DNA of 64,000 nt from Octopus vulgaris. Taxonomy: Eukaryota. Below, in pieces: positions 13,034 through 27,678 of the stretch. Under the pieces are notes generated by a model. That model was given only the letters and a program-made list of their open reading frames with translations. It was not told the origin of the DNA and did no database searches. A program made the translations under genes and the position numbers. Each line of letters starts with the position of its first letter. The stretch's first letter is position 1. The stretch covers positions 28,086,001 through 28,150,000 of the forward strand of contig OX597826.1 in NCBI GenBank assembly GCA_951406725.2, read 5' to 3'.

Positions 13034-13124
13034 GATTATTTTGGGACAATTGTTTCGCTATTAATGAATTAAATGTAATATTACTTACAAAAAATCCATT
13101 TGTAGCTCGTCAGCCAAGACTATC
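13034..13124 (-). ncRNA. Type I hammerhead ribozyme, copy 1
   Basis: Minus strand: UUGG-CUGACGA-GCUA..(46 nt)..UAGC-GAAAC-AAUU-GUC^CCAA; all core nucleotides intact; predicted cut between 13045 and 13044. Confidence 0.85.
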
Positions 13125-13567
13125 TGGATGAAATCCACTCAATCACACGCCAGATTTTACCATAACGATAAATACGCGTGTGGTTCAATTGATTACATCC
13201 GACGTTATAATTCAAATGCCCCAACCAACAGCGCGCCAAACTCTCACGGAAAACAAATACAGCATTTAGAAATAAATGCAGCATAATTATAATTAATTAA
13301 TAAGGGTGAGAGAATTAGATACTAATTTAATAGAATATTTATTCAACACCAAGTGGCCTAGTGCTACGAGAAACCTGGATTATTATAATATTTTATAACA
13401 TATTATAATATTTTTACAAAATAAATATAAGAGAGTGGTCACTATAATGCTCACTCTAGCACCAGTTAATCCAAAAGGTTTCAACCACGAAAATACATGT
13501 TTCCCATGAAAGTCAGCACGACTGTTAGCTCACACGGACAGGGCAAATAAAAAATAACAAAAATACA

Positions 13568-13658
13568 GATTATTTTGGGACAATTGTTTCGCTATTAATG
13601 AATTAAATGTAATATTACTTACAAAAAATCCATTTGTAGCTCGTCAGCCAAGACTATC
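13568..13658 (-). ncRNA. Type I hammerhead ribozyme, copy 2
   Basis: Same motif, +534 bp. Confidence 0.85.
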
Positions 13659-14101
13659 TGGATGAAATCCACTCAATCACACGCCAGATTTTACCATAAC
13701 GATAAATACGCGTGTGGTTCAATTGATTACATCCGACGTTATAATTCAAATGCCCCAACCAACAGCGCGCCAAACTCTCACGGAAAACAAATACAGCATT
13801 TAGAAATAAATGCAGCATAATTATAATTAATTAATAAGGGTGAGAGAATTAGATACTAATTTAATAGTATATTTATTCAACACCAAGTGGCCTAGTGCTA
13901 CGAGAAACCTGGATTATTATAATATTTTATAACATATTATAATATTTTTACAAAATAAATATAAGAGAGTGGTCACTATAATGCTCACTCTAGCACCAGT
14001 TAATCCAAAAGGTTTCAACCACGAAAATACATGTTTCCCATGAAAGTCAGCACGACTGTTAGCTCACACGGACAGGGCAAATAAAAAATAACAAAAATAC
14101 A

Positions 14102-14192
14102 GATTATTTTGGGACAATTGTTTCGCTATTAAAGAATTAAATGTAATATTACTTACAAAAAATCCATTTGTAGCTCGTCAGCCAAGACTATC
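14102..14192 (-). ncRNA. Type I hammerhead ribozyme, copy 3
   Basis: Same motif, +1068 bp; one substitution in the stem II extension. Confidence 0.85.
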
Positions 14193-14635
14193 TGGATGAA
14201 ATCCACTCAATCACACGCCAGATTTTACCATAACGATAAATACGCGTGTGGTTCAATTGATTACATCCGACGTTATAATTCAAATGCCCCAACCAACAGC
14301 GCGCCAAACTCTCACGGAAAACAAATACAGCATTTAGAAATAAATGCAGCATAATTATAATTAATTAATAAGGGTGAGAGAATTAGATACTAATTTAATA
14401 GTATATTTATTCAACACCAAGTGGCCTAGTGCTACGAGAAACCTGGATTATTATAATATTTTATAACATATTATAATATGTTTACAAAATAAATATAAGA
14501 GAGTGGTCACTATAATGCTCACTCTAGCACCAGTTAATCCAAAAGGTTTCAACCACGAAAATACATGTTTCCCATGAAAGTCAGCACGACTGTTAGCTCA
14601 CACGGACAGGGCAAATAAAAAATAACAAAAATACA

Positions 14636-14726
14636 GATTATTTTGGGACAATTGTTTCGCTATTAATGAATTAAATGTAATATTACTTACAAAAAATCCA
14701 TTTGTAGCTCGTCAGCCAAGACTATC
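14636..14726 (-). ncRNA. Type I hammerhead ribozyme, copy 4
   Basis: Same motif, +1602 bp; the array ends 13 nt beyond it. Confidence 0.85.
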
Positions 14727-14819
14727 TGGATGAAATCCATTAATTATATATATATATATATACTTATCTATATACGAATACTTATCTATAGACGTATATA
14801 AATTTATATATATATATAC

Positions 14820-14996
14820 TCTTTACTCTTTTACTTGTTTCAGTCATTTGACTGCGGCCATGCTGGAGCACCACCTTTAGTCGAGCAAATCGACCCCGGG
14901 ACTTATTCTTTGTAAGCCCAGTACTTATTCTATCGGTCTCTTTTGCCGAACCGCTAAGTGACGGGGATATAAACACACCAGGGGACAAACACAGAC
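14820..14996 (-). mobile_element. SINE family A 3' half
   Basis: ttttactcttttacttgtttcagtcatttgactgcggccatgctggagcacc...gccgaaccgctaagtgacgggg. Confidence 0.85.
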
Positions 14997-15020
14997 ACAT
15001 AAACATACACGCACCCACAC

Positions 15021-15057
<37 letters not shown>

Positions 15058-15082
15058 CATATATACGACAAACACAGACACA

Positions 15083-15166
<84 letters not shown>

Positions 15167-15217
15167 GATACATATATATGTATATGTATTTTATATATGT
15201 ATACACATATGTGTGTG

Positions 15218-15262
<45 letters not shown>

Positions 15263-15339
15263 GTATGCGTGTGTGTGTGTACTCGTGTGTTTGAAAAGCT
15301 GAAGAATGACAGCGCTCACACACAGAATACACATTATAC

Positions 15340-15577
15340 GAAAATCGCTCACTTCTTGTGCTCGCAACACCTCATCGCCCAAATGTAGTTGGATGCTTCA
15401 GTAAAAGAGTTCTTCGTCTGAAAACAAGAACTGGACAAGAACAGTTTCGGACCAAAGAACTGACAGAAAAATGGATTCAGGCGGTGGAACGCGGTAGCCT
15501 CTCCTTCAAATTGTGAATTGACGAATAAAACCAAATAATTTACCAGAATATTTCGAAACATTTGACTCCACATAATA
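15340..15577 (+). pseudogene. Mariner transposase C-terminal relic with probable right TIR
   Basis: [10 protein letters not shown]....*LDASVKEFF, then frameshifted KELTEKWIQAVERGSLSF*, resembling the mariner C-terminus (MAHFL..V..FF..GI..L..RW..V...G.YF); ends aaacatttgactccacataata. Confidence 0.7.
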
Positions 15578-15607
15578 AAATGGCTGCACGGTTGGTACAG
15601 AAATACA

Positions 15608-16018
15608 TTCTTTTATCCAGTCACGTGACTGCGGCCATGCTGGAGCACCGCATTTAGTTGAACAAATCAATCCCATGACTTATTCTTTGTAAGCCAAGTA
15701 CTTACTCTATCGGTCTCTTGTGCCGAACCGCTAAGCCACGGTGACGTAAATACACCAACACCGGTTGTCAAGCGAGGGTGGGTGACAAAGAAAGACAGAC
15801 AGACCCACACATACATACACACACACATACACATACACACACACACAAACACACACACACATACACATATATACGACAGGCTTCTTTCAGTTTTCGTCTA
15901 CCAAATTCACTAACAAGGCTTTGGTCGGCCCGAAGTTATTGTAGAAGACACTTGCCCAAGGTGCCATGCAGTGGAACTGAACCCGGAACCGTGTTGTTGG
16001 GAAACCACTCCTGCGCCT
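15608..16018 (-). mobile_element. SINE family A, near full length
   Basis: 3' body, internal (CA)n and 5' head ending ccactcctgcgcc. Confidence 0.88.
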
Positions 16019-16707
16019 GTGTTCACAAATGCCTTCTTTTCTTCTGAAAAAAACAAAAACAACTAGACTAGCTTTTTGTATTGATTTTTGAAAATGTTTC
16101 CTCAAATTCGGTGTCGGTTGTAGCTGCCATTAGGTGTTTGTTTACCTTCAATAACACAAGAAACTGTATTTTATGGTATTTAGTACCCCTTCATGTTTGT
16201 TCTTCGTCTTTGTTGTCCAGATACTGCGGCTGACCATTTAGTTTTATCGTTTTGCGTATTTTGGTTTTCATGAGTAGATCTCTATGTATATCTGAATATG
16301 TGTGCATATGTGTGTCTGTGTGTGCGTTTGTGTGTGTATGTGTGTGTACGTGTGTGCGCGCGTGTGTGTGTGTTTGGGTGAATATATATAAATATATATA
16401 TATATATGTGTGTGTGTATCTGTACGTGAGTTACTACATGTACGTGAGTATACACATATATGTATGTGTATATATATATATATAAGTATATGTGTGTGTG
16501 AGTGTGTGTGCGTGTGTGTGTACACACATACATTCGTGCAAGTAAACCTGCACAAATGTACATGTTTTACTCAACGTATACATGCATAAAGCCATACGTA
16601 CATACACATAGATAACATATATACATACATACATACATACATAAGTACATACATACACACAAGCATACATATATACATACATACTTTAGTACATACATAC
16701 ACACATG

Positions 16708-16743
<36 letters not shown>

Positions 16744-17222
16744 TTAGTACATATATGCAAACATGCATACATACATGCACGCACTCATACATATATACAT
16801 ACATGCCTACACACAAACATCTCGGCACCACGTGCCAAGATGAAAAGAAATTCTTTCATGATTGATGGCGGAACATATCCTCCTCCTCCCCTCCTCCGCC
16901 TTCTCATCCTCCTCCACCTCTTCCTCCACCTCCTCTTTCTCTTTTTCATCTTTTATTTCTAACCCTACTTCCGATTTTCTTTTCTATCTTTCTTTCTCTC
17001 CTTCATTTCTTTTATTCTTTTTGTCTTTCCTTAATTTTTCCTTCACTTTCTTCTTCCCATTTCCCATTCCCGCTCTCCTCTTCACTTCTTTCTTTCCTTT
17101 TCCCCTTCCGTCTTTCTTAGCTTCCTCCTCTCTTTCCTTTTGCTTTCATTATTCCTTTCTCTATCTCATTTTATCTTTTCTTTCTGTTTAACTCTTTACA
17201 CACACACACGTGTGTGTGTGTA

Positions 17223-17299
<77 letters not shown>

Positions 17300-17344
17300 A
17301 TATATATATATATACGTATATATATATATGTATATACGTATATC

Positions 17345-17385
<41 letters not shown>

Positions 17386-17439
17386 ACACACACATATATA
17401 TATTTATAGATAGATAGATAGATAGATAGATAGAAGATA

Positions 17440-17558
17440 GGCTTTGGTCGGCCCGAGGCTATAGCAGAAGACACTCTCCCAAGGTGCCACGCAGTGGGAA
17501 TAAACCCGGAACCATGTGGATGGTTACCAAGCTACTTACCACACAGCCACTTCTGCGC
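17440..17558 (-). mobile_element. SINE family A head
   Basis: ggctttggtcggcccgaggctatag...aaggtgccacgcagtggga...cacacagccact. Confidence 0.85.
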
Positions 17559-17796
17559 TTATGAATCATTTGATGTTTAATATATTATATAATTTGTACA
17601 CAATACTATAATAATATTATAATAAATTCATAGCGTGTCTGAATCTACTTACTCCCAACGCCTCCGTGTTCTCTACTGCACCCCCCTACTACCCTCTTAG
17701 GCACCAGCAGCCACTTGGACCGTCTCAACGCCCACCGGGTTGGGGGGGTAGCGCCCATTTTGAGAACCTAAGCTAAAGACCAGTGGTTCTCAAACT

Positions 17797-18128
<332 letters not shown>

Positions 18129-18339
18129 TATTAGGTTAAGTTTTATTTGTGAAATACAGCCCCTTTGAACTTGCTTTCACAAAAAGGTTTATGTTTGTGA
18201 TGGTTTGTTGGTTGCGGGCACTAGAAATGTTTAGCAACCACTGCTTTAGATTAACTTATTAAATTTATTCAGTTAATTTGGTCAAATAAGCAGTTCAAGG
18301 AAGTTTAACATACTCGTCAGAAATTACTTTACTATATAG

Positions 18340-18476
18340 CTTGTTTAACAACCACATGGTTTTGGGTTCAGTCCCACTTCGTGGCACCTTGGGCAAGTGT
18401 CTTCTACTATTGCCTCGGGCCGACCAAAGCCTTGTGAGTGGATTTGCTAGACGGAAACTGAAAGAAATCCGTCGTA

Positions 18477-18531
<55 letters not shown>

Positions 18532-18800
18532 GTGTGCTTGTCTCCCGACCACCGCTTGACAACCGATGCTGGTGTGTATATTTTTGCGTGTCTGTGTTTG
18601 CCCCCCCCCCCCCACATCGCTTGACAACAATTGCTGGTGTGTTTACGTCCCCGTCACTTAGCGGTTCGGCATAAGAGTCCGATAGAATAAGTACTAGGCT
18701 TACAAAGAATAAGTCCTGGGGTCGATTTGCTCGACTAAAGGCGGTGCCCCAGCATAGCCGCAATTAAATGACTGAAACAATTAAAAGATTAAAAAGAGAA
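18340..18800 (+). mobile_element. SINE family A, near full length, with a short internal duplication (cgcttgacaac...gctggtgtgt twice)
   Basis: Head, (TG)n, body and aaaga tail. Confidence 0.88.
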
Positions 18801-18938
18801 AGAAAGAATATACATGGTTGTGCAGTAAGAAGCTTGCTTCCTAACCACAAGCTTCCGAGTTCAGTCCTACTGCATGGTCACCTTCGGTAAGTGCCTTGAG
18901 AGTGTATTTGACAGAGGGAAACTGAAAGACGTCCGTCT

Positions 18939-19017
<79 letters not shown>

Positions 19018-19149
19018 GTGTGTGTGTGTATATGTTGTCTGTCTGTTAATCCTCCACCTCCGAGGGACAACAGGGGCTTTATTTTACTGAGAAGCGATAC
19101 AACTATATTGCACTATTTAATAATTTCTTATATATATATATATACATAT

Positions 19150-19228
<79 letters not shown>

Positions 19229-19231
<3 letters not shown>

Positions 19232-19410
19232 AGATGTACTCGCATAGCAAGTGATTTGATCTGAGATGGTGTGCTGAAACGAAAACAATTGCAGCGTGGA
19301 AGATGTTTGTAAGCCATTTAAGAAACACACAAAAGCCGTTCGATTCACTTCAACATTTAAGTTTAATTTGTCAAAATATTTTCGTCACTAAAATCCGCAG
19401 ATTGTTCTCA
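19229..19410 (-). mobile_element. Truncated copy of the G3-C8 hammerhead repeat family (see 45512)
   Basis: ggagatgtact...gatctgagat.gtgtgctgaaa...gattcacttcaacatttaa...tttgtcaaaatattttcgtc shared with 45512-45665. Confidence 0.8.
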
Positions 19411-19510
19411 GGGAGAACATTCTATTATCAATAATAACAAAGGGTAAAATTAATTAATTAAGAAGTAATCAATAATTTCACCAAGTAGAATTCGGTATGA
19501 AAAAAGGACC

Positions 19511-19561
<51 letters not shown>

Positions 19562-20126
19562 GTATATATATGCGTGCGTACATGACTGTTTTTATATGAG
19601 TGCATGCGTTCACACACACACACACACACACTTATGCATGCATACACACCTAGACATTTATCTGCACCGATTTACACTTGTACAATCAGACATCATAAAA
19701 GATAACACATTCTCTGAAATACACAGCATACTTCGCAGGAACCATCAAGTTACGTGCACTACGCAGTGGCATTCGTAGCCACCACCACCAACAACAACAC
19801 TATACTACAACAACTACAACTGCTGCTGTTGCTGCTGCGAATGCAGTAGGACCAGTCCATTTGCATACGCCCTTCGCTGCCATTACGCACCGCTGTAGAA
19901 AACATGGTCGTTAAACTTTGGCCCATGCTCTCCCTGCGCTCATTGGCCTAACATTTCCGTCCAGCCGTGCCATTTACTACAAATAACTCCCAGTTGGTTC
20001 GTTTTTCACGCTTGAAATCCAACCAAAGTACTTTAGACCGACATTTTAGTGTCAATCTAAAAAAAAAGGAAAGGAAAAAGAAGAAAAGAAAACCACCAAA
20101 CAACTCCAGTAGTAGTAGTAGTAGTT

Positions 20127-20199
<73 letters not shown>

Positions 20200-21344
20200 C
20201 GGTGGCAGTGATGGTCGTGGTGGTAGTTGTAGTAGCAGTAGCAGTAATAATGGTAGTTTGACATATAAGGTTGTCATAGTGTACGAAGTGATGGTGGTGG
20301 TGGTGGTGGTCGTCATCGTCATCGTCGTAGTAGTAGTAGTTGTTGTAGTAGTTATAGTAGTAGTTGTAGTAGTAGTAACTAATAAATTATGGAGTCATTG
20401 GGTGTGAGAGAGATGCAACAAATTTTCAAGTTTAATGATGGTGGGGTGGAAGGTTGTGATGGTGGAGACGGTGGTTGTGGTGATAGTAGTGGTGTTAATG
20501 GTAGTGGAGGTGGTGTTGGGGATGGTGATGGTGATGGTTGTGGTGTTGGCGAAACGTAATTTTGGTTTGGTGGTAAGAACAGGAGATTAATTTAAATGCT
20601 CAATAAAAACAGTTAAAACAGCCTAAAATTTAGAGAGAGAGAAGAAAGAGGGAGAGGGGGAGAAAGAAGAAAGAGGGAGAGAGCGAGAGAGCGAGTACCC
20701 TAAAATCGGAGCAAATTTATGAAGAACATAGAGACAAGCGAAGACAAACTAGTAAGACCTCCTCCGCCCTCGTATCTCACATACCACACCGCTTTCTTCA
20801 CCTCTTGCTTCTCTCATCTTTCGTTTATTGCAATTACCTCCTCATTCACTTCCTGTTCGTACCAAATTACCTATTCAGCGTTTCCTTTTTTATTTTATTC
20901 TTTCTTCCTTTCTTTCTTTCCATCGGTCTTTCCGCGAACGTGACACTCAGTTCACAGATCATAACCGGAAACGGTCAGTTATTGTTGTTGCTTTCATTTT
21001 CGGTTATATTCCTCCCCACTCCACCCACTCCTCGCTACCATCAAATATATTGAAACCCCTCAAAATCCCTACATTCATCGCTAATATTGTTCCTACGTCA
21101 TCAAAATGTTTAACCTTGTTCCCAAGGAAAACATTTACAATGTTCCTTGGAATTCAGGTTTTAACCGTTGAGAAAAGAGCCCTTAAATGTAACTAAAACA
21201 AGGGAAGGAAGAAGTCTATGACCCTTTTCTGGGGCTCCGAGATTGGTGGGAGAAAGAGAGGCAGGAATACTGTAAAAGATTGGCCCAACACAATAACGTT
21301 TCTGTTAACCTATAGACCATCATTCGAAAGCCTAAAGTTATCCA

Positions 21345-21995
21345 ATAGTAAGATGCAAAGAAAATAATTCTAATTTGTTTATTCTCAACAACTGACGAAG
21401 TTACAAGTCCGAAACGTTATGATTATTATCTTATTAACAGCTAAACAATTTATTCAACATTTGATCTGTTGAAAGATTAAGAGAGAGTTACTTCATGTGT
21501 AAGAAGACAAAGAGGAGGATATAAAGAAACTCACTACCAATCTGCCTATTTTCCTATCACGATCATCTCTTTCCGACGAAGAGAAGTCCGAAACGTCACA
21601 ATATTTCCACTTATTAACGGAAAATCAATTTGCCCAACATATGAAGTGTTTACAGAAAATAACCTTGAGGGTAAACTAATAGATACAAGGAAATTACTTT
21701 TGATTTGTTTATTCTGAACAATCAGCAAACATTTTTTACGAGGAAGAAAATTAGCCCGAAACGTTATACATTTTCTCTTTTCAACAACAAACCAAAATAT
21801 CTTACATTTCATATAAAAAGATGGAATAGTGTGGAGTGTAAGTAAACAAGGAGCAGGATGCAGAATAACTCGCTACCAACCTGCTTGTTTATTCCCTTTC
21901 AGGAAGCATCTGTTTCTGACGAAGAGAATTTACCCAAAACATCACAATATTTCCTCATACTAACGGCAAATTAATTTACCCTACGTACGATCTGT
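21345..21995 (+). repeat. Old degenerate tandem repeat, ~175-bp subunits in a ~340-bp higher-order unit, each with hammerhead-like boxes
   Basis: GAAACGT-like boxes at 21411, 21590, 21758, 21936, each preceded by (CT)GACGAAG-like boxes; aactc.ctaccaa and acaatatttcc each recur about 340 bp apart. Confidence 0.6.
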
Positions 21996-22349
21996 TTGGA
22001 GAGAATAACAAGCGTGTCGGTACAGTTATAGAGAATAATCTAGAATTTAAAGGGAATAGCCGAAAACACGTTGACAAGCGAAACCATCTAGTACCGAGTT
22101 TGATTACTGAAAATATCGGATTTCCCGCCTTAAGTATTTTGTCATCTGTCCTGGGTAAGATTGTGAAGGTAGGGCGGTGAGAACGTGGGGAGGAGTAGAA
22201 GTGGAGAAATGAGACGGGGGTGATGAGGGGTAGAGGTGTGGGTGACTGAGAGAACGGCTGATAAGATACCGAGTTTCTGTGATTGTATGTCTGTATTATA
22301 ATATACACACAAAACAAACACGTTATATATTAATATATATATTAATATA

Positions 22350-22406
<57 letters not shown>

Positions 22407-23252
22407 GATGTATGTATGTACATACATACACATATATACATTGATAAATATAGATATATATCCATAGTTATATATATATACACATACATACATGCATATA
22501 CGCATACTTACATACATACATACATACATACATATAAATATATGTATATACATACATACATATATTAATATGTATTATACATATATGTATGTATATATAA
22601 GTATATATATAAATGTGAATATATGTACATATATGAATATTCATACATTTATATATATATATATATATATATGCATATACGTATACATATATATACCTAC
22701 ATACATATATATGTTTATACATACATATATATACATATACACAAACACACATACATATATCTATATATATATATTTATACATATGTATATGTATATATAT
22801 GTATATATATGTATATATATGTATATATATGTGTGTGTGTGTGTGTGTGTGAGTGTGTATATTAAAGCCAGATATGCAGATATTTTCTATTTATTTGTCA
22901 CTACTCTGTGGTGTGATGATACCGTACTGTAAGAGAAAGAGAGAGATAGAGAGAGAGAGAGGGGGGGAATCAGACAGACACACACAGTTAAGCAGACGGA
23001 CAGACAGACAAACCGAAGGACAAGTAGATGGGGAGCCGAGCGTAAAGTAGAGAAATTGTTTGTTTCGTAATACAGTGTTACTTCTGCTTCCGACGACCAC
23101 ACCCTCGGAGAAAGACTGAGAGGTTTGTAGTTGAGGTTGACATTTTGCGCCTGATATGCAAACACATTCTTCAACTTTACGAAAGGAGCGGTTAGCTGTG
23201 TTTGCACACAACAAATATTTTTGCATTCCTATACATGTATAAATGTGTGTGT

Positions 23253-23348
<96 letters not shown>

Positions 23349-23442
23349 CTTTTGCTCTGTTTCAGTTACTGGACGGCAACCAAGCTGGGGCGTCACGTTG
23401 TTTTAAAGTCTAGAATATACTCCATCGGTATCTTTTGCAAGC

Positions 23443-23606
23443 ATGGCTGTGTGGTAAGAAGCTTGCTTCCCAACTACATAGTTCTGGGCTTAGTCCCACT
23501 GTGTGACACTATACTTTAGCTTTGGACCAACGAAATCCTTGTGAATGGATTTGGTAGATGGAAACTGAAAAACCCATCGTACATATATGTGTGTGTGTAT
23601 GTGTGT

Positions 23607-23685
<79 letters not shown>

Positions 23686-23908
23686 GTTGCGTCTTTGTTT
23701 CTCACCTCCCCATCACCGTTTGACAACCGTTGCTGGTGTGTTTACGTCCCCGTAACTTAGCAGTGCTGCAAAAGAGAACCAATAGAATAAGAACTAGGCT
23801 TAAGAAATAAGTCCTGCCTTCGATTTGTTAGTCAAAATAAACCTTCAAGGCAGTGCTCCAGCATGGCTGCATATATATGACTGAAACAAGTAAAAGAATA
23901 AAAGAATA
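23443..23908 (+). mobile_element. SINE family A, full length
   Basis: atggctgtgtggtaagaagcttgc head through gactgaaacaagtaaaagaataaaaga tail. Confidence 0.88.
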
Positions 23909-23914
23909 TATTCT

Positions 23915-25850
23915 ATCACCACCGACACAACCACCAACACCACAACCATTACCACCACTGTCTGCGCCAACGCTGTCACATTCACGAACGATGAACACAA
24001 CCACATTGCCAACAGCACTAGAAAAACCCAAAACTGTATTGATAGCAACTCAGACGCAACCTAAGACAGCGACAACGGCATTGGTAGAAAATAACAAAGA
24101 CGCCGCCGCCTCCACCACCACCACCTCTACCACCTCCAACATCACCTCCAACACCTCCGCGACCACTTCCTCTATCAACTCCGTCACCATCTCCGCCATT
24201 ACCTTCACCACCACCTCCACCACCACTTCTAATATCACCTCCTCTACCATCACCTCCTCAACCACCAATTCCACAACCACCTCCAACAGCACCCCAGCCA
24301 TCACCACCACCACCATCTCCACCACACCTCGGCCACCTCCTCCACCATCACTTCCACCACACCCTCTACCACTTCCAACTTCCACCTCCACGATCACTTC
24401 CATTACCAACTCCGACATCACCTCCGCCATCACCTTCACCACCATTACTCCCACTATAACCTCCATCACACCTCCACCGCCACCACCACCACCCTACCAC
24501 CACCACTACCACCACTACCATTGCCACTACCGCAGAAGCCAATACTAACAACAATAACAACAAACACTGTCAATACTAATAACAGCAACAACAGCACCAT
24601 TTCCACCATCACCAACGCCACCACATTCTCACCACCAATACCAACAACAACAACAGTAACAACAACATCTGCACAAACACCACAATCATCAGTATTACCA
24701 TCAGCAACAATTTTACCACCATCAGCATCATCAGCAGCCTACCACGACCACCAACAGTACAAACACCACTTCCACCACCACCACCAATACCACAACAGAC
24801 GTCATACCTAGCGCCAACTCCGGCATCCAGCTTCGCCATTATCATCATCATCATCATCGCTGAAAATAGCACCTATTCCAGCACTACTACCACTACAACC
24901 ACCATCACCACCAACCACCACATACACCACCATCACCAACACCACCAACATTACCAACACCACCAACGACACCAACAACATCACCACCATCATCAACATC
25001 ATCACCATCACCACTACCAACATTACCACCACAACCACCACCACCACCACCACCGTCAGCACAACCACCAACAACGACACCAGCTCCATCACCACAACAA
25101 CCACCATCATCACCACTACGAACACCAAAACCACAACCACTACCATCATCACCACCACCACAACAACCACCGTCACCACAACCACCACCATCGTCACTAC
25201 CACCACCATCACCACCACCAACACCACTATCGCCACCATCACCACTACCTTTACCACCATCGTCACCACCATCGTCACCACCACCATCACCACCACGGCT
25301 ACCACCAACACCACAACTACCACCACCACCAAAAACACCACCATTACCACCGTCACCACCACCGTCGCTACCTTCATCATCATCACCACCACCACCACAA
25401 CCTCCACCATTGCTACCACCACCACCAACACCAGCACTGGCTCTACCACTCACCTTTGCCATCATCAAAACCACCGACAACATCACCTATTCTAGCACTG
25501 CTACCACCACCACTACCACCACAACTACCACCAACACCACGGCTACCACCAACATCTACAGCATCAACATCAACATCAGCATCACCACCACTAGAACCAC
25601 CACCACCACCACCACTACCAACACCACGACTAACAGCTACGCCAATACCACCACCAACAACAACAACAACAGCAGCATCAACAACACTACCAGTACTGAC
25701 ACAACCACCAATGGTTTCAACATCCATAGCCTCGCCACCGCCGCCGTTGCCGCCAACACCAAAGCCAGCACCAACAGTAGTACCAAAAATACCACCACCA
25801 CCACCACAACCACCACTGAGATCACCACCCCCAGCATCACCAACCAAGCA
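23915..25850. repeat. ~1.9-kb degenerate (ACC/ACA/ATC)n low-complexity tract
   Basis: C/A-rich trinucleotide periodicity; gives Thr/Pro/His or Val/Gly pseudo-ORFs in several frames. Confidence 0.85.
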
Positions 25851-26433
25851 CAACTCGGCGCATTGTCAGCGTGACTTCTGGCTCACTTAATATTCCATAC
25901 ACGTCTAGCGCTGGTGATTCACAGCCGATATTGCAATGACTTGCCTCCGTCTGCCGTGTGTTGATCTGCCAATATATGGAACTGCACACAGCACATATAA
26001 ATTCTATTGCACACGTGAGCCGCATCCAAGAGCCGTATCCATTTCCTTGTAATCTTATATATTCCGTTAGGCTATACCAAACTACAAAATACACAAACGT
26101 TCTTTGCAATACAACCGCAATCCACCACATCGCGTCACACATCCATCCCAACACCCCCACGGCACCGCACCAAGCCGAGATGGTTTCTTCATTCTGAGCG
26201 CGCGCGCGTGCACACACACACACACACACAAAGACACACACGCATACACACACAAACACACTTCTCTGGAACGACGCAATGAATAAAGAGACAAACGTGT
26301 ATTTATGAAATATGCATATATATGTATGTGTATATGTGCGTGTGTGTTTGTGTGTAAGTGTGTATGTGTCTGTATGTGTATGTAAAAGATATATATAAAC
26401 TCATATATATATATAATGTCGATTTATATATAT

Positions 26434-26475
<42 letters not shown>

Positions 26476-27130
26476 ATATACTTATATATGTATTTTACAC
26501 ACTTGCTAGCACACACTAACATACACAAACACTAAAAAACACACACCTGTGTGTGTATATATACATATATATGTATGCATACATACCTACATACATGTGT
26601 ATATATATACATACACACATGTGTACGTGTTTTCGAATATTTGTGTACAGTAATATGTGTATGCATATACATACATATATGTATGCATGTATGTATGTAT
26701 GTATGTATGTATGTATGTATGTATGTATGTATGTATATATGTATACAGAAGAGTAACCAGAAAGTGTATGAGGGTGACAGCTATACACATACATATTAAA
26801 AAAACATGGCTGCCTCATATATCTCTCCATCACGCATCGGATTTATTATGAAATTTCGGATTTAGGAATCCACTTATCTCCTCCTGTTTGCTTGTTTATT
26901 TGTTTTTGCTCTTCGAAACAATTTCTTCTTCTCTTTCTACTCCATCTTCTTCTCACCTTCGTTCTTCGTATAATATTATTCATCTCGCTTCTTACCTCAA
27001 AATGAAGAAGATGAAATAGCAACGGAGGTTTATTGTTTGTTATATTTCTTTCGTGCTTACTCATTAACGCATATATTATTGGGGTTAAATATCTACCTAT
27101 GTTTACGTATGTAATTTATACGTGCATACC

Positions 27131-27205
<75 letters not shown>

Positions 27206-27234
27206 ATATACATATAGATAGATAGATAGATAGG

Positions 27235-27648
<414 letters not shown>

Positions 27649-27678
27649 TGTATGTATGTATGTATGTATGTATGTATA

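Larger units (their letters stand above)
12884..14739 (-). mobile_element. Tandem array, 3.5 x 534-bp non-coding unit, each with a hammerhead ribozyme (retrozyme-like / Penelope pLTR multimer)
   Basis: gtggtcactataatg at 12901, 13435, 13969, 14503; units nearly identical; bounded by (TA)n on both sides; no ORF of 60 aa or more in the track. Confidence 0.9.

Noticed and set aside
10561-14739. Tandem arrays as CRISPR
   Set aside because: Whole units repeat without unique spacers, there are no cas genes, and the context is eukaryotic.
23853-25890. Mucin-like Thr/Pro-rich ORFs (also 53419-53994)
   Set aside because: Degenerate trinucleotide tracts with stops and frame changes; the 23853 ORF starts inside a SINE; no splice or signal-peptide support.
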